From Clostridiales bacterium (GTDB lineage Bacteria; Bacillota; Clostridia; Oscillospirales; UBA644): 64,000 nucleotides of DNA. Shown here piece after piece: positions 27,059 through 36,564 of the stretch. The notes under the pieces are model-generated. The model was not told the DNA's origin, did not search any database, and saw only the letters and a program-made list of their open reading frames with translations. The position numbers and the translations under genes are program-made. Each line of letters starts with the position of its first letter. The first letter of the stretch is position 1. The DNA is taken from positions 1,140 to 65,139 of the forward strand of contig JAEEJO010000077.1 in NCBI GenBank assembly GCA_016281915.1, written 5' to 3'.

Positions 27059-28189
27059 TTAAATATCGGATATATCTGAGTCCGGTATAATATAGAATTT
27101 ATAATCCGGGTATTCCGCCGTGATCTCTTTCATAAGCGTCGATATCGCTTCATCTTTTTTTATATCATAGCTTAATACTACGTCAAACCTTGCGGACTTT
27201 TCTGCCGTGTCCGCGTGAAATCCGTGAAGCTGCAGTGCCCAGTCGTGAGACAGAACGATTTTCTGTATGTTGTTTCTCATTTTTGCGATATCATCGTCGC
27301 CCGTATTATAAGAATACACACCTACGCCCATCAGAATAACGCCTGTTTCCTTATAAACGCTCATTTCTATTTTCCTTGTCAGCTTGTCGACCTCTTCAAC
27401 CGTCATAACGTCGGGCAGTTCGATATGGACAGAGGCATAGTTTTTGTCCGGTCCGTAGTTGTTTATCAAAAGGTCATATGCTCCTCGTACCTGCGGTTCG
27501 GCGGTTATAATCCTTTTTATCTCTTTTGTCAGCTCTGCATCTGCACGTCTTCCAAGTATATCGGTCAGAGTATCCGTCATCATTTCAAATCCGGATTTTA
27601 TTATCATGATCGAGATAATTATTCCGACGTAAGGTTCAAGTGATATATTGAATATCTTGAATATTATCGCACATGCAAGAACCGATGACGACAGGATCGC
27701 ATCATAAAGCGCGTCTGAACCCGATGCAATAAGCGCACCGGACGATACGTTCTGTCCCTGTTTTTTTACAAATGCACCGAGAATCAGCTTTGCTGCTATC
27801 GCAACCGCAATAATGACGAGCGAAATTATGGAATAATCGGGCACTTCAGGTTCGATTATCTTTTTTATCGACTCTGTCAAAGACGTTATACCTGCATATA
27901 ATACAAGTGCCGCAACGATCATAGAACTTAAATATTCTATTCTTCCGTGTCCCAGAGGATGCTTTTTATCCGGTGCTCTGCCTGCAAGCTTTGCGCCTAT
28001 GATCGTTATTACCGACGACAGCGCATCCGACAGATTGTTTACTGCGTCAAGTGTTACGGCGATGGAATTTGATATTATACCGATTATCGCCTTAAAAACA
28101 GAAAGAAGCACGTTCGTTATTATGCCTATAGCGCTTGTTCTTACTATCGCTTTCTCGCGTTCGGCTACGTTTATTGCAAAATCATCCAT
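27059..28189 (-). CDS. Cation diffusion facilitator family transporter
   Basis: Six TM helices with LDAVNNLSD (TM2) and HPLGHGRIEY, plus a C-terminal cytoplasmic dimerisation domain. Confidence 0.85.
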   Translation of the reverse strand: MDDFAINVAEREKAIVRTSAIGIITNVLLSVFKAIIGIISNSIAVTLDAVNNLSDALSSVITIIGAKLAGRAPDKKHPLGHGRIEYLSSMIVAALVLYAGITSLTESIKKIIEPEVPDYSIISLVIIAVAIAAKLILGAFVKKQGQNVSSGALIASGSDALYDAILSSSVLACAIIFKIFNISLEPYVGIIISIMIIKSGFEMMTDTLTDILGRRADAELTKEIKRIITAEPQVRGAYDLLINNYGPDKNYASVHIELPDVMTVEEVDKLTRKIEMSVYKETGVILMGVGVYSYNTGDDDIAKMRNNIQKIVLSHDWALQLHGFHADTAEKSARFDVVLSYDIKKDEAISTLMKEITAEYPDYKFYIIPDSDISDI

Positions 28190-28240
28190 ATTTATTCCTC
28201 CGTTATTACCGCTATTTGGGTAGTCTGTAATTTATCTGGT

Positions 28241-29209
28241 TTATGCCCCGAGAAGATTCTGGTCAAATGAAAACAGAGCTTCGTTTATCTCAAAAACGTC
28301 GTATATACCGTGAGAAATGAAGTATTCTATGATTATATCGAATTTGTTTGAGTGAGACAATGCAAATCCTGCCTTCATAAGCATCTCGTTCGTTTCTTCA
28401 ATAGAAAGTTCAAGCGCTACCGCAAATGCGATCGCCGTCTGTTTGCTCGGCCTGTAAAGCTTGTCGCTTCTAATCTTCGAAAACAGCTTTCTGTCAATAT
28501 TCGCTTTTTTGTAGCATTCTGCGTCACTCATTCCTGACTCGTCTATTTTGCGAAGCAGCATCTCTGAAAAGCTTTCGTCTATCTGTTCAAGCGCGGATTC
28601 CAGCGAAGAGGCTTTCTTTTCCGCTCTTCCGCTCATGCCCGAAACAGTAGTCGGGATCATTGCGCATTCGTCGTATCCTTCAAACGAATCGTTTTCCGAT
28701 ATCCTTGACATTCTCCTCTTCGGAGAATGTCTTTTCGCTTCTATCCGCTGAAAAAGGACGCTTTCTTCCGAAATCCCGAGGTCAATATACGAAAACAGCT
28801 CGTCAAAATGGGCATTTTCTTTGTTCAGGATATTTTTATCTTCAATTGTTATGAATACGGCGATATCTTCGCTTTCACTGCAATTCGATATCGCTTCTTT
28901 TGCAATGTCCAAAAGCTTTGAAGAATTCAGAAGCTTCCGTTTTTCTCCCAAAAGTGGGATCATTACCGACTCCGCATGTGCTTCCTTTGCGATTTTAAGT
29001 GATTTTTCGTAACATTCACGCAAGAGCGCTTCAATATTTACACCTGAACTTTTCGGCGGAACAGTCGTCGTTATTAAAACAGGTGAATTTGTGCCTCCGG
29101 ATAAATACGTATCGCCTGCTTTATGCTTTTTTAATATGTTCTGCCGTTTTTCTGTTACAACAGCATCGATTTTATGCTCTGTCCGTTTATCCGTAAAAAA
29201 TAACGGCAT
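28241..29209 (-). CDS. Degenerate macro-like domain fused to a C-terminal HTH domain
   Basis: The N-terminal ~130 aa align by eye to the macro fold (IDAVV..., GDTYLSGGTNSPVLITTTVPP, ESVMIPLLG). The NAAN/Gly-rich loop is missing. The C-terminal ~100 aa (ANIDRKLFSKIRSDKLYRPSKQTAIAFAVALELSIEETNEMLMKAGFAL) is an XRE-like HTH module common in Clostridia. Confidence 0.5.
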   Translation of the reverse strand: MPLFFTDKRTEHKIDAVVTEKRQNILKKHKAGDTYLSGGTNSPVLITTTVPPKSSGVNIEALLRECYEKSLKIAKEAHAESVMIPLLGEKRKLLNSSKLLDIAKEAISNCSESEDIAVFITIEDKNILNKENAHFDELFSYIDLGISEESVLFQRIEAKRHSPKRRMSRISENDSFEGYDECAMIPTTVSGMSGRAEKKASSLESALEQIDESFSEMLLRKIDESGMSDAECYKKANIDRKLFSKIRSDKLYRPSKQTAIAFAVALELSIEETNEMLMKAGFALSHSNKFDIIIEYFISHGIYDVFEINEALFSFDQNLLGA

Positions 29210-29319
29210 ATTCTCATCTCTCCTGCCGTAAAATATTTATATTGTTAAGGTATTAACTTATATAATACCACTTTTATTTAGTAATGTCAAGTCATTCTCA
29301 AACAACGGATAAATGCCCC

Positions 29320-29348
29320 AAAAAAAACGGACTCCCGAAGGAGCCCGT
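29320..29348 (-). terminator. Intrinsic terminator after the zinc-ribbon membrane protein gene
   Basis: Minus strand: ACGGGCTCC-ttcg-GGAGTCCGT followed by TTTTTTTT. Confidence 0.75.
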
Positions 29349-29363
29349 ATGGTCATGGCATGG

Positions 29364-29921
29364 TTACTTCCTGAGAATTTCGTAAACAGTCGCGTTTATT
29401 CTTTCTGCGGTGTTTTTACTGTCTGCCGTGATCGTAATGAGCTCTGCAAGGTTATCATTTATGCTGATAAGGTTCGTGCAGGCGTCAAGCAGAATGAAAC
29501 CGTAGCATACGGATACAAAAGCGAGTATTACGCCGCCGATCATTATAAAGATACCTGCTATTACAGCTGCAGCACCGCTTATCGCAGGAACAATGATATC
29601 TCCGGCTGCCTGGTTTGCTATGGATGCAAGTGAACCGGCGGACATTACCGTGATTCCGAGTATTATTCCCATAAGCACGATCGTTGCGAATGAGAACCAC
29701 AAAAGAACTTTAGCGAACGTTATCCATCCGCCGCCTTTGCCCTTTTTAACGGTATATGTTTTATTCTGACCGAGATTCGGCGGGGGAATCACTACCGTTC
29801 TCTGAGCAGGGGCGGTATATCCGTTCTGCGGCTGAGAAACAGGAGCATTTACGGGCGCTCCGCATGAAGGACAAACGTTTGCTCCGTTTTCGATATTGGC
29901 TCCGCAATTGTTACAAATCAT
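29364..29921 (-). CDS. Zinc-ribbon membrane protein
   Basis: N-terminal CNNCG...(9 aa)...CPSCG, a Pro/Gln-rich linker, then three hydrophobic helices. Start at 29921 after AAGAGGT; the longer 29960 start overlaps the thiT promoter. Confidence 0.6.
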   Translation of the reverse strand: MICNNCGANIENGANVCPSCGAPVNAPVSQPQNGYTAPAQRTVVIPPPNLGQNKTYTVKKGKGGGWITFAKVLLWFSFATIVLMGIILGITVMSAGSLASIANQAAGDIIVPAISGAAAVIAGIFIMIGGVILAFVSVCYGFILLDACTNLISINDNLAELITITADSKNTAERINATVYEILRK

Positions 29922-29953
29922 TTTTTTTACCTCTTTCTTTATGAAATATGTTA

Positions 29954-29982
29954 TTGACAAAGCATAAAAACTGTGCTATAAT
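29954..29982 (+). promoter_or_regulatory. Perfect-consensus sigma-A promoter for the TPP riboswitch-thiT unit
   Basis: TTGACA, 17 bp, TATAAT. Confidence 0.65.
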
Positions 29983-29999
29983 CATCCAAAAGTCAATAT

Positions 30000-30079
30000 T
30001 GCTTTGGGGTACCGGAATTATTGAAGGTTGAGAAACACCCATTGAACCTGATGAGGTTAATACCTCCGTAGGAAAAGCA
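30000..30079 (+). promoter_or_regulatory. TPP (THI-box) riboswitch aptamer
   Basis: TGCTTTGGGGTACC...GGTTGAGAAACACCCATTGAACCTGATGAGGTTAATACCTCCGTAGGAAAAGCA matches the conserved THI-element cores (GGGG..., TGAGA, ACCC..GAACCTGAT..GTTAATAC..CGTAGGAA). P1 closes as TGCTTT/AAAGCA. It lies upstream of thiT. Confidence 0.85.
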
Positions 30080-30099
30080 GATAATACGTCGTTTCATGT

Positions 30100-30126
30100 T
30101 CGCGGTATTTCTGCCGCGGATTTTTT
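30100..30126 (+). terminator. Riboswitch expression-platform terminator
   Basis: TCGCGG-tatttct-GCCGCGGA region (CGCGG/CCGCG stem) followed by TTTTTT, 40 nt before the thiT start. Confidence 0.7.
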
Positions 30127-30169
30127 GCTTTAATATTGATTTTAATTCTTTATAAAGGAGTTGCTTTTT

Positions 30170-30763
30170 ATGGAAAGCACAAACAAGGCTTCGTCCTCTC
30201 AAAAAAACGGAAATACAAAAATCAAACGTCTTGTCCTATGCGCAATAATGATCGCGCTTGCAACGGTCCTTAGCATTTTTCCGACAATTAAGGCTCCACT
30301 CGGCGGTTCGATCACTCTGGGCAGTATGGTGCCCATAATGCTCGTCTCTTTCGTTTACGGACCCAAATGGGGTATTCCCGTTGCCGTTGGTTACTCCGTC
30401 ATTCAACTGCTTCTTGATATTGCGGCTGTTGCGACATGGGGACTTACTCCGGCAGTTTTTGTCGGTTGCCTCATTATTGACTATATCCTTGCTTTTTCCG
30501 TTCTTTCGGTCTGCGGATTTTTCACAATGGGAAAAACCACTCTTCCCCGCGTAATACTCGGAACTTTGACGGCCGGTCTTCTGCGGTATCTTTTCCACAT
30601 TATTTCCGGGTATCTCTTCTTCGGCGCGTGGGCGGAAGAAGGCTTCACTCCGCTAACGTGGGCATTCGCTTATAACGGTGCATATATGATTCCCGATATC
30701 GCTATTTGTATCGTTATCATGTGCGCCCTCTATAAACTTTTGCCGAAATTCAAAGAAATGTAA
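30170..30763 (+). CDS. thiT: Energy-coupling factor transporter S component ThiT (thiamine)
   Basis: About 197 aa with 6 TM. The pattern LVLCAIMIALATVLS...LGGSITLGSMVPIML fits, and it sits directly behind a TPP riboswitch. ATG 30170 is 9 nt after AAAGGAG. Confidence 0.8.
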   Translation: MESTNKASSSQKNGNTKIKRLVLCAIMIALATVLSIFPTIKAPLGGSITLGSMVPIMLVSFVYGPKWGIPVAVGYSVIQLLLDIAAVATWGLTPAVFVGCLIIDYILAFSVLSVCGFFTMGKTTLPRVILGTLTAGLLRYLFHIISGYLFFGAWAEEGFTPLTWAFAYNGAYMIPDIAICIVIMCALYKLLPKFKEM

Positions 30764-30834
30764 TCATTTTCGGTATATACCGGACGGCGAAGAGCGCTGG
30801 TTACCGTATCGCGTCAGTGTTTGTCAATGAAACG

Positions 30835-30884
30835 ACGGCAGACTTTGCACGAATGCGAGAACAGACTCTTTCGCCGTTTTTTTA
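30835..30884 (+). terminator. Probable intrinsic terminator after thiT
   Basis: ACGGC/GCCGT outer stem with an inner GCA/TGC hairpin, then a TTTTTTT run. The stem is irregular. Confidence 0.35.
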
Positions 30885-30889
30885 TTTAT

Positions 30890-31411
30890 TCAGTCGTCTC
30901 TTTTCGACAGACTGGCTATCACGTCTCTGTAAACTCTGTAAGGATCGTTTCTGAATCCCGATATCATTATATCAGCCTGTGCTTTTGTCGGGGCGAACAT
31001 AGTTACTTCAAAAAGCGGCGATCCTTCGTCCGTAAGTGCAAAATATACGTCAAAACCTCCGTCGGACCTTTCTTTGCATGATGAAGATATTCCCAGATCT
31101 TTTCTCAGCTTTGCCACTTCTTTAGCCGTCGTCAGAATAAGCTTTTCCCGCAGAGTAGGGGAAAGGTCTCTTCCCAGCGCGTCAACTATTTCTATGCCTG
31201 TTTTTTGAAGCACAGCATATTCCGTGTCTTCGTCTGTTATCAGCGCTACGTGCCCTCTGTCTCGAAGCTCATAAAGCTCTCCCGAGGTCCCAAGCTGACC
31301 GACACCGCATTCGTTCAGTATCTGAGCAACGGTTGAGCTCGGAAGGGGACATCCCGCAGAACGCAGGGAAAACAGGATCATCATTTTTATCTGCTGATTG
31401 TCGTCTATCAT
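30890..31411 (-). CDS. DUF4364-like protein with an N-terminal PadR-like winged helix
   Basis: IKMMILFSLRSAG.PLPSSTVAQIL...GELYELRDRGHVAL resembles a PadR-type wHTH; 173 aa. The start is 10 nt after the upstream lipoprotein's stop. Confidence 0.5.
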   Translation of the reverse strand: MIDDNQQIKMMILFSLRSAGCPLPSSTVAQILNECGVGQLGTSGELYELRDRGHVALITDEDTEYAVLQKTGIEIVDALGRDLSPTLREKLILTTAKEVAKLRKDLGISSSCKERSDGGFDVYFALTDEGSPLFEVTMFAPTKAQADIMISGFRNDPYRVYRDVIASLSKRDD

Positions 31412-31421
31412 TTTTTATCCT

Positions 31422-32846
31422 TTATTTATATGTTTCATCGCCCGAAAGTCTGCGAACGGTGAAAATAGACGGGATCATCTGCTCTATTATACACTTGTCG
31501 CTTGAAGTTCCGTATGATTCCAATACTTCTACGGGAGACATGTTTGACAGATTTGAGTAAAGACTGTTGAGTACCGCGTCTCCGCCGTCAGGCCAGAAGC
31601 TGTATTTGCAGTTCTTGCTCATTTCCATCAGTATCTGATAATCTCTTTCGTCGCTGAAAACGTTTGTTTCATAATATCTTGCTATCGATTCCGCATCGGG
31701 GTATTCCTCGAGAGGAGACCATATCTCGTCTATCAGTATTGCAGAGCATTCTATCTCTTTTGCGTAGACGGGAATAGAAAGCGTTTCTGCTTTTTCGTAA
31801 AATCCGACGTATTTCGTCGCGTCACCGTAGGGACCCGAAGGGAACGGAAGAAGACCGAAATTGTTTACTTTATATGCGATCTTATCAAATATCTCTCCGG
31901 ACGATGTGAGAAGCATAGCCGCTTCGTTATTCATAAACTGATTCGTATAGTTCCAGTCACCGTATCCTGTGTCGGTAAATTTGAACATATACTCGTCATA
32001 GTTTGCAATAACGTCTTTGACCCATGTAAGAGCTTCGATTCCTGCCTCAGACGTCCAGCCGCAGTGGTATTCCGAAACGTCGTCATTGAATTCTGCAAAC
32101 GTTGTTCCGTTATTCAGAAGCGCGGAACGAATAAAATGCTTCAGGCACGCCGCAAGCCCGTATATAGGCGTCGCGCGCGTTTTGTCCGTGCAGTCTACCG
32201 CGACTTCCATCATCTTTTCGCGGGTCCATTCTCCCTGTTCATATAATTCACGCAGGTCGTAATAGCCGAACATTCCTGTTATATCGGAATTGAATACCAT
32301 CGGGTAGAATATTGCAGGTCCCATATTCATCCATGATACGGGAACAACACCGCACATTTTACCTTTGCACATAAGAAATTCCCATACGTTCGGTGCGCCC
32401 CACTTTGACTCATCATAAATATTAATGTAGTCTGAAACGTATTCCATATCCAGCAGTCCGCCGAGGTTGCCAAACTCTCGTATCTGAGCAGGATCGGTAA
32501 ATATGATGTCCGCAAGAGAGTCTCCCGTGGCGAGTGTTGCTGCAAGAAGCGTTTTGAACGTGGTGTCTGCGCCTATATACTTAAGATTGATTGTGCAGTT
32601 ATGGCTGTCCGCAACGTTTTTCACTCTTGTGAGCGCGTTGTCAGCAAGGTTTGTGTCTCGAAGATAATACAGCGGGTGCTCGTCTATAACTGAAGTCTGC
32701 AGAATATAAAAGTCGTGTCCTGTCCAGTCTGCGTTATCCGTCGCTCCGAGGCTCTGTTCAAAAACCTCCTCGTTATTTCCGGCAGAGCAGGAAACAAGAA
32801 GTGTGAGTATCATTAATACGGCAATCAGAAATGCTGTTTTTTTCAT
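31422..32846 (-). CDS. Extracellular solute-binding-protein-like lipoprotein (orphan; paralog of 50633..52051)
   Basis: Signal peptide with lipobox LLVSC; 474 aa. It shares blocks with the 50633 protein (NHNCTI, KWG...GVVP, YE.G.W, N.G..P.P.GP). Confidence 0.65.
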   Translation of the reverse strand: MKKTAFLIAVLMILTLLVSCSAGNNEEVFEQSLGATDNADWTGHDFYILQTSVIDEHPLYYLRDTNLADNALTRVKNVADSHNCTINLKYIGADTTFKTLLAATLATGDSLADIIFTDPAQIREFGNLGGLLDMEYVSDYINIYDESKWGAPNVWEFLMCKGKMCGVVPVSWMNMGPAIFYPMVFNSDITGMFGYYDLRELYEQGEWTREKMMEVAVDCTDKTRATPIYGLAACLKHFIRSALLNNGTTFAEFNDDVSEYHCGWTSEAGIEALTWVKDVIANYDEYMFKFTDTGYGDWNYTNQFMNNEAAMLLTSSGEIFDKIAYKVNNFGLLPFPSGPYGDATKYVGFYEKAETLSIPVYAKEIECSAILIDEIWSPLEEYPDAESIARYYETNVFSDERDYQILMEMSKNCKYSFWPDGGDAVLNSLYSNLSNMSPVEVLESYGTSSDKCIIEQMIPSIFTVRRLSGDETYK

Positions 32847-32885
32847 ACCGGAAATCCTCCCGAAATAATTTTGATCTGTGTATTG

Positions 32886-32914
32886 ATTATACTATAAATA
32901 TTATAAAATGTCAA
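32886..32914 (-). promoter_or_regulatory. Perfect-consensus sigma-A promoter for the lipoprotein gene
   Basis: Minus strand: TTGACA, 17 bp, TATAAT. Confidence 0.6.
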
Positions 32915-32945
32915 CATAAAACACGTGTAACAGACTGCTAAATCT

Positions 32946-34838
32946 TTACTTGACCGGAATCCATACCCTCATCTGATTCCTGCCTCTGTTGGCCCACAAG
33001 CTGTAGGGTATTCCGAAAAGCTCGGTTTTTGCCATTTCAGGCGCCTTATCACTGTAAAGAGCTGTCTGAGCTTCTCTTCTGAAGCCGGGAACGGTCATCG
33101 TCCTTGTTCCACCCAGTAACGATGGATCGTATCCGTTGAGAGAAGGACTCTTTTCTGTGTCGATATAAAGCGAAAGAACGTCTCCCTTATTGTCCACACC
33201 TTCAAAACAGTAAACAAGAGGCCCTGCGCATACAGCAGCCTTGCCCGAGAGCGCGGGAACTTTTTCTGAAGCATAAACATATCTCGGTGAAATATCAAGA
33301 GTCAGCGATATCTCGTCTCCGTCATTCACCTTAACGGTTACGTAGCCTTTTTCGAACGCCGCTTTGATTCCCGCACCATTTTTTGAAATTTCGTATTTTC
33401 TGCTCCAGCCCGGTATTCTTACAGACAGATTGCCGCTTCCGGTTACAGAATATTTAATATTGCCGGAATACGGATATTCCGTGCTGCAAATAACTTTCAT
33501 TCCGTTGTCGAAAGATACTTCACCAGCAGCATAAAGGTTGCAGAAGACGGTATCGTCATTTTCTCCGTATGCGTATTTTCCTATCGAAGATATGAGCCGT
33601 GCAGCATTCGGGGGACAGCATGCGCACGCGTGCCATCCGAAACGTGTCAGCCTGATATGACGCTGTGTCTGAGCAACTTCTGAAATGCCGGGCACCGCTT
33701 CAAGAGGATTTACGTAGAAAAACTCCTTGCCGTCTGTCTGAATACCCGCAAGAACGGTATTGTAAAAGGCGGTCTCCATCACGTCCGCATACTCTCCGTT
33801 GATATCGTCTTTGAGCATTCTTTGTGCAAACATCATAAGTGCGATAGATGCGCACGTCTCGGCGTATACTGTGTCGGACGGCAGATCATAATCAGCAGAA
33901 AAAGCTTCTCCGTGACATGTGGAGCCTATTCCTCCGGTTATATACATGCGTTTTTGGGTAATACTTTCCCATAATCTTCTGCATGCATCCGACAGCTCTT
34001 TGTCATCCGTTTCATTCGCAACGTCTTTCATACCCGAATAAAGATACGCCGCCCTTACGGCGTGCCCTTTCGCGTCAGAAAGCTTCCTCAGAGGCATATC
34101 CGATTGCTGGTATTCATAATTCGACGGATTGTTTCCCCAGATATACCAGTTGCGGTTTTTTATCTCTTTTTCATAATAGTGGGGGTCTTCTCCGCGGCAG
34201 TCGATAAAATGTTTTGCAAGTTCAAGACAGTGCTTATTACCTGTTAAGTAATATAATTTCATCAGCGCAAGCTCAACTTCGGGATGTCCCGGATAACCCT
34301 CTGCTTTTTCCGAAATGAAATGATTGTAGATGTGCTCCGCATTCTTTAGCATAACGTCAAGAAGCTTCCTTTTTCCGGTCGCTTCATAATATGCGCATGC
34401 GGCTTCCATCATATGTCCTGCGCAGTAAAGCTCGTGCGCTTCAAGAAGATTCTGCCAGCGACGATCGTTCTGCAAAACGGTAAATCTCGTGTCCAGATAT
34501 CCGTCGGAGTCCTGTGCGGCGGCAACTATGTCTACTACTTCATCGATCTTCTCTTCGATCTCTCTGTCATGAAATACCGCAATCGAATAAGACGCGGCTT
34601 CTATCCATTTCGCAACGTCGCTGTCCTGAAAGACCATGCCGTAAAAGTCGCCGTGTTCTTCTCCTTTGAGCGCTTTTGCCGCATTTATGAAATTTTCAAT
34701 TGCTCCGCTTTTTTCTACGCCCTTGATCTCATCTTTTAAAACGTGGTACTGGTAAGGTATCATCTCGTCGTGAATGAGTTTCTGATAGCGAAGCATGAAT
34801 CCTGCAGGATGATAGCTTTTGATTGATATATTTTTCAT
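32946..34838 (-). CDS. Glycoside hydrolase family 127 (beta-L-arabinofuranosidase, DUF1680)
   Basis: 630 aa; AIENF..AA, FQDSDVAKWIEA, and the Cys-rich catalytic region WHACACCPPNAARL typical of HypBA1-type enzymes. No signal peptide. Confidence 0.85.
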   Translation of the reverse strand: MKNISIKSYHPAGFMLRYQKLIHDEMIPYQYHVLKDEIKGVEKSGAIENFINAAKALKGEEHGDFYGMVFQDSDVAKWIEAASYSIAVFHDREIEEKIDEVVDIVAAAQDSDGYLDTRFTVLQNDRRWQNLLEAHELYCAGHMMEAACAYYEATGKRKLLDVMLKNAEHIYNHFISEKAEGYPGHPEVELALMKLYYLTGNKHCLELAKHFIDCRGEDPHYYEKEIKNRNWYIWGNNPSNYEYQQSDMPLRKLSDAKGHAVRAAYLYSGMKDVANETDDKELSDACRRLWESITQKRMYITGGIGSTCHGEAFSADYDLPSDTVYAETCASIALMMFAQRMLKDDINGEYADVMETAFYNTVLAGIQTDGKEFFYVNPLEAVPGISEVAQTQRHIRLTRFGWHACACCPPNAARLISSIGKYAYGENDDTVFCNLYAAGEVSFDNGMKVICSTEYPYSGNIKYSVTGSGNLSVRIPGWSRKYEISKNGAGIKAAFEKGYVTVKVNDGDEISLTLDISPRYVYASEKVPALSGKAAVCAGPLVYCFEGVDNKGDVLSLYIDTEKSPSLNGYDPSLLGGTRTMTVPGFRREAQTALYSDKAPEMAKTELFGIPYSLWANRGRNQMRVWIPVK

Positions 34839-34853
34839 CGGTTAACCCCCACA

Positions 34854-36521
34854 TTACCTGTCTTTCAGCTTTTTCAGCCTCTTCATTACGTCGTTTTCAC
34901 CGCGTCCGAAATAATCGTGAAGTCTCTTGTATTCTTCAAAAAGCTCATCGTAAACCGCTTTTGCTTCTTTATTCGGAACATACTTCACGTCGCTTATCGA
35001 TCCCATCTCATCCGCCGCTTCGAAAACAGAATCGTATCCGCCTCTTTCTTTGCCGGCAGCAACAGCTCCGAATATCGCCGAGCCCAGCGCAGGCGCCTGA
35101 GAAGATCCGCTGATCCTTATTTCAAGACCGGTAACGTCGGCATATATCTGCATCGTTTCGGGACTTTTTGCCGCTATTCCTCCTGCAGCATATAATCCTG
35201 TAACGGGAACACCGTGATTTTCATAGTTTTCGATTATCATTCTCGTGCCGTATGCGGTCGATTCAACGATCGCTTTATATATCTCTTCCGGCTTTGTTGC
35301 AAGCGTAAGACCGAGTATCATGCCCGAAAGATCGACGTCAACAAGTATTGAACGGTTTCCGTTCCACCAGTCAAGCGCTAAAAGTCCGCTTTTGCCCGCG
35401 GGTATCATAGCTGCTTTTTCCGCAAGGAGCTGCTGCGCGGAAAGCCCTTTTTCTTTAGCCTCTGCGGCATATTCGGCATTAAGAAGATTATCAGTAAACC
35501 ACGCAAAACTGTCGCCTACACAGCTTTGTCCCGCTTCATATCCTATCATTCCGGGAAGAATTCCGTCTTCCACAGATCCGCATATTCCAGGCACATATCT
35601 GTCTTCGTCCGAAACAAGCATATGACATGTTGATGTTCCCATGATCATAAGCATATTTCCTTTTTCTTTCATGCCAAGCGCGGGAACCGTAACGTGTGCG
35701 TCAACGTTTGCTACAGCAACGGCTGTTCCTTCGCAAAGTCCTGTCAGCATCGATGCATCTTTCGTTATCTCTCCCGCTTTGGATCCGATCGCGGTAACGG
35801 GACAGGAAAGCTTTTCTTCTATAACGTTTTCAAGCCTTTTGTCAAGCGCTGCAAAGAATTCTTTTGAAGGAAATCCGTCCCTTTTGTTCCACATCGCCTT
35901 ATATCCGGCAGTGCAGGAATTCCTCGTCTCTTTGCCGCAAAGTCTGCTTATTACCCAGTCTGCCGCTTCAACAAAAGAATCCGCAGCATCATAAACGTCC
36001 GGAGCCTTGTCAAGCGTCTCCCATATTTTCGGAAACATCCACTCAGAGGATATCTTGCCTCCGTAAGCATTTATCCACTTCTCGCCGCGCGCATGCGCCG
36101 TTTCGTTCAGCCTGTTTGCTTTATCCTGAGCTGCATGGTGCTTCCACAGCTTTACATAAGAATAAGGGTTGCACCTGAATTTATCGGTAAAGCAGAGAGG
36201 CGTTCCGTCTTTATATACCGGCAGCATCGTGCACGCCGTAAAATCGATACCGATACCGATTATATCTTTCGGGTCAACTCCGCTTTTATTGATAACGTCA
36301 GGTATCGTCACGCTCAATACGTCAAGGTAATCCTGCGGATGCTGAAGAGCGAAATCCTGCGGCAGCTCACCGAAAAGTTTTTTTGCAAAATCGGAATCTG
36401 CGGTAATTACCGCGTGAGGATACTCATATACCGAACAGCATATTTCATCCGGTGAACCTACTTTGAAAAGAGCGGTCCTTCCTGAAAGAGTTCCGAAGTC
36501 GGTGCCGAGAGTGTATTTCAT
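34854..36521 (-). CDS. araB: Ribulokinase (FGGY family)
   Basis: 555 aa; N-terminal YTLGTDFGTLSGR, and FGGY C-terminal motifs (GGIA.KS). Length and pattern match AraB of Bacillota. Confidence 0.85.
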   Translation of the reverse strand: MKYTLGTDFGTLSGRTALFKVGSPDEICCSVYEYPHAVITADSDFAKKLFGELPQDFALQHPQDYLDVLSVTIPDVINKSGVDPKDIIGIGIDFTACTMLPVYKDGTPLCFTDKFRCNPYSYVKLWKHHAAQDKANRLNETAHARGEKWINAYGGKISSEWMFPKIWETLDKAPDVYDAADSFVEAADWVISRLCGKETRNSCTAGYKAMWNKRDGFPSKEFFAALDKRLENVIEEKLSCPVTAIGSKAGEITKDASMLTGLCEGTAVAVANVDAHVTVPALGMKEKGNMLMIMGTSTCHMLVSDEDRYVPGICGSVEDGILPGMIGYEAGQSCVGDSFAWFTDNLLNAEYAAEAKEKGLSAQQLLAEKAAMIPAGKSGLLALDWWNGNRSILVDVDLSGMILGLTLATKPEEIYKAIVESTAYGTRMIIENYENHGVPVTGLYAAGGIAAKSPETMQIYADVTGLEIRISGSSQAPALGSAIFGAVAAGKERGGYDSVFEAADEMGSISDVKYVPNKEAKAVYDELFEEYKRLHDYFGRGENDVMKRLKKLKDR

Positions 36522-36564
36522 AAAAACCTCCGAATTAGTGACTGTCTGTATTTCTTATGATATA

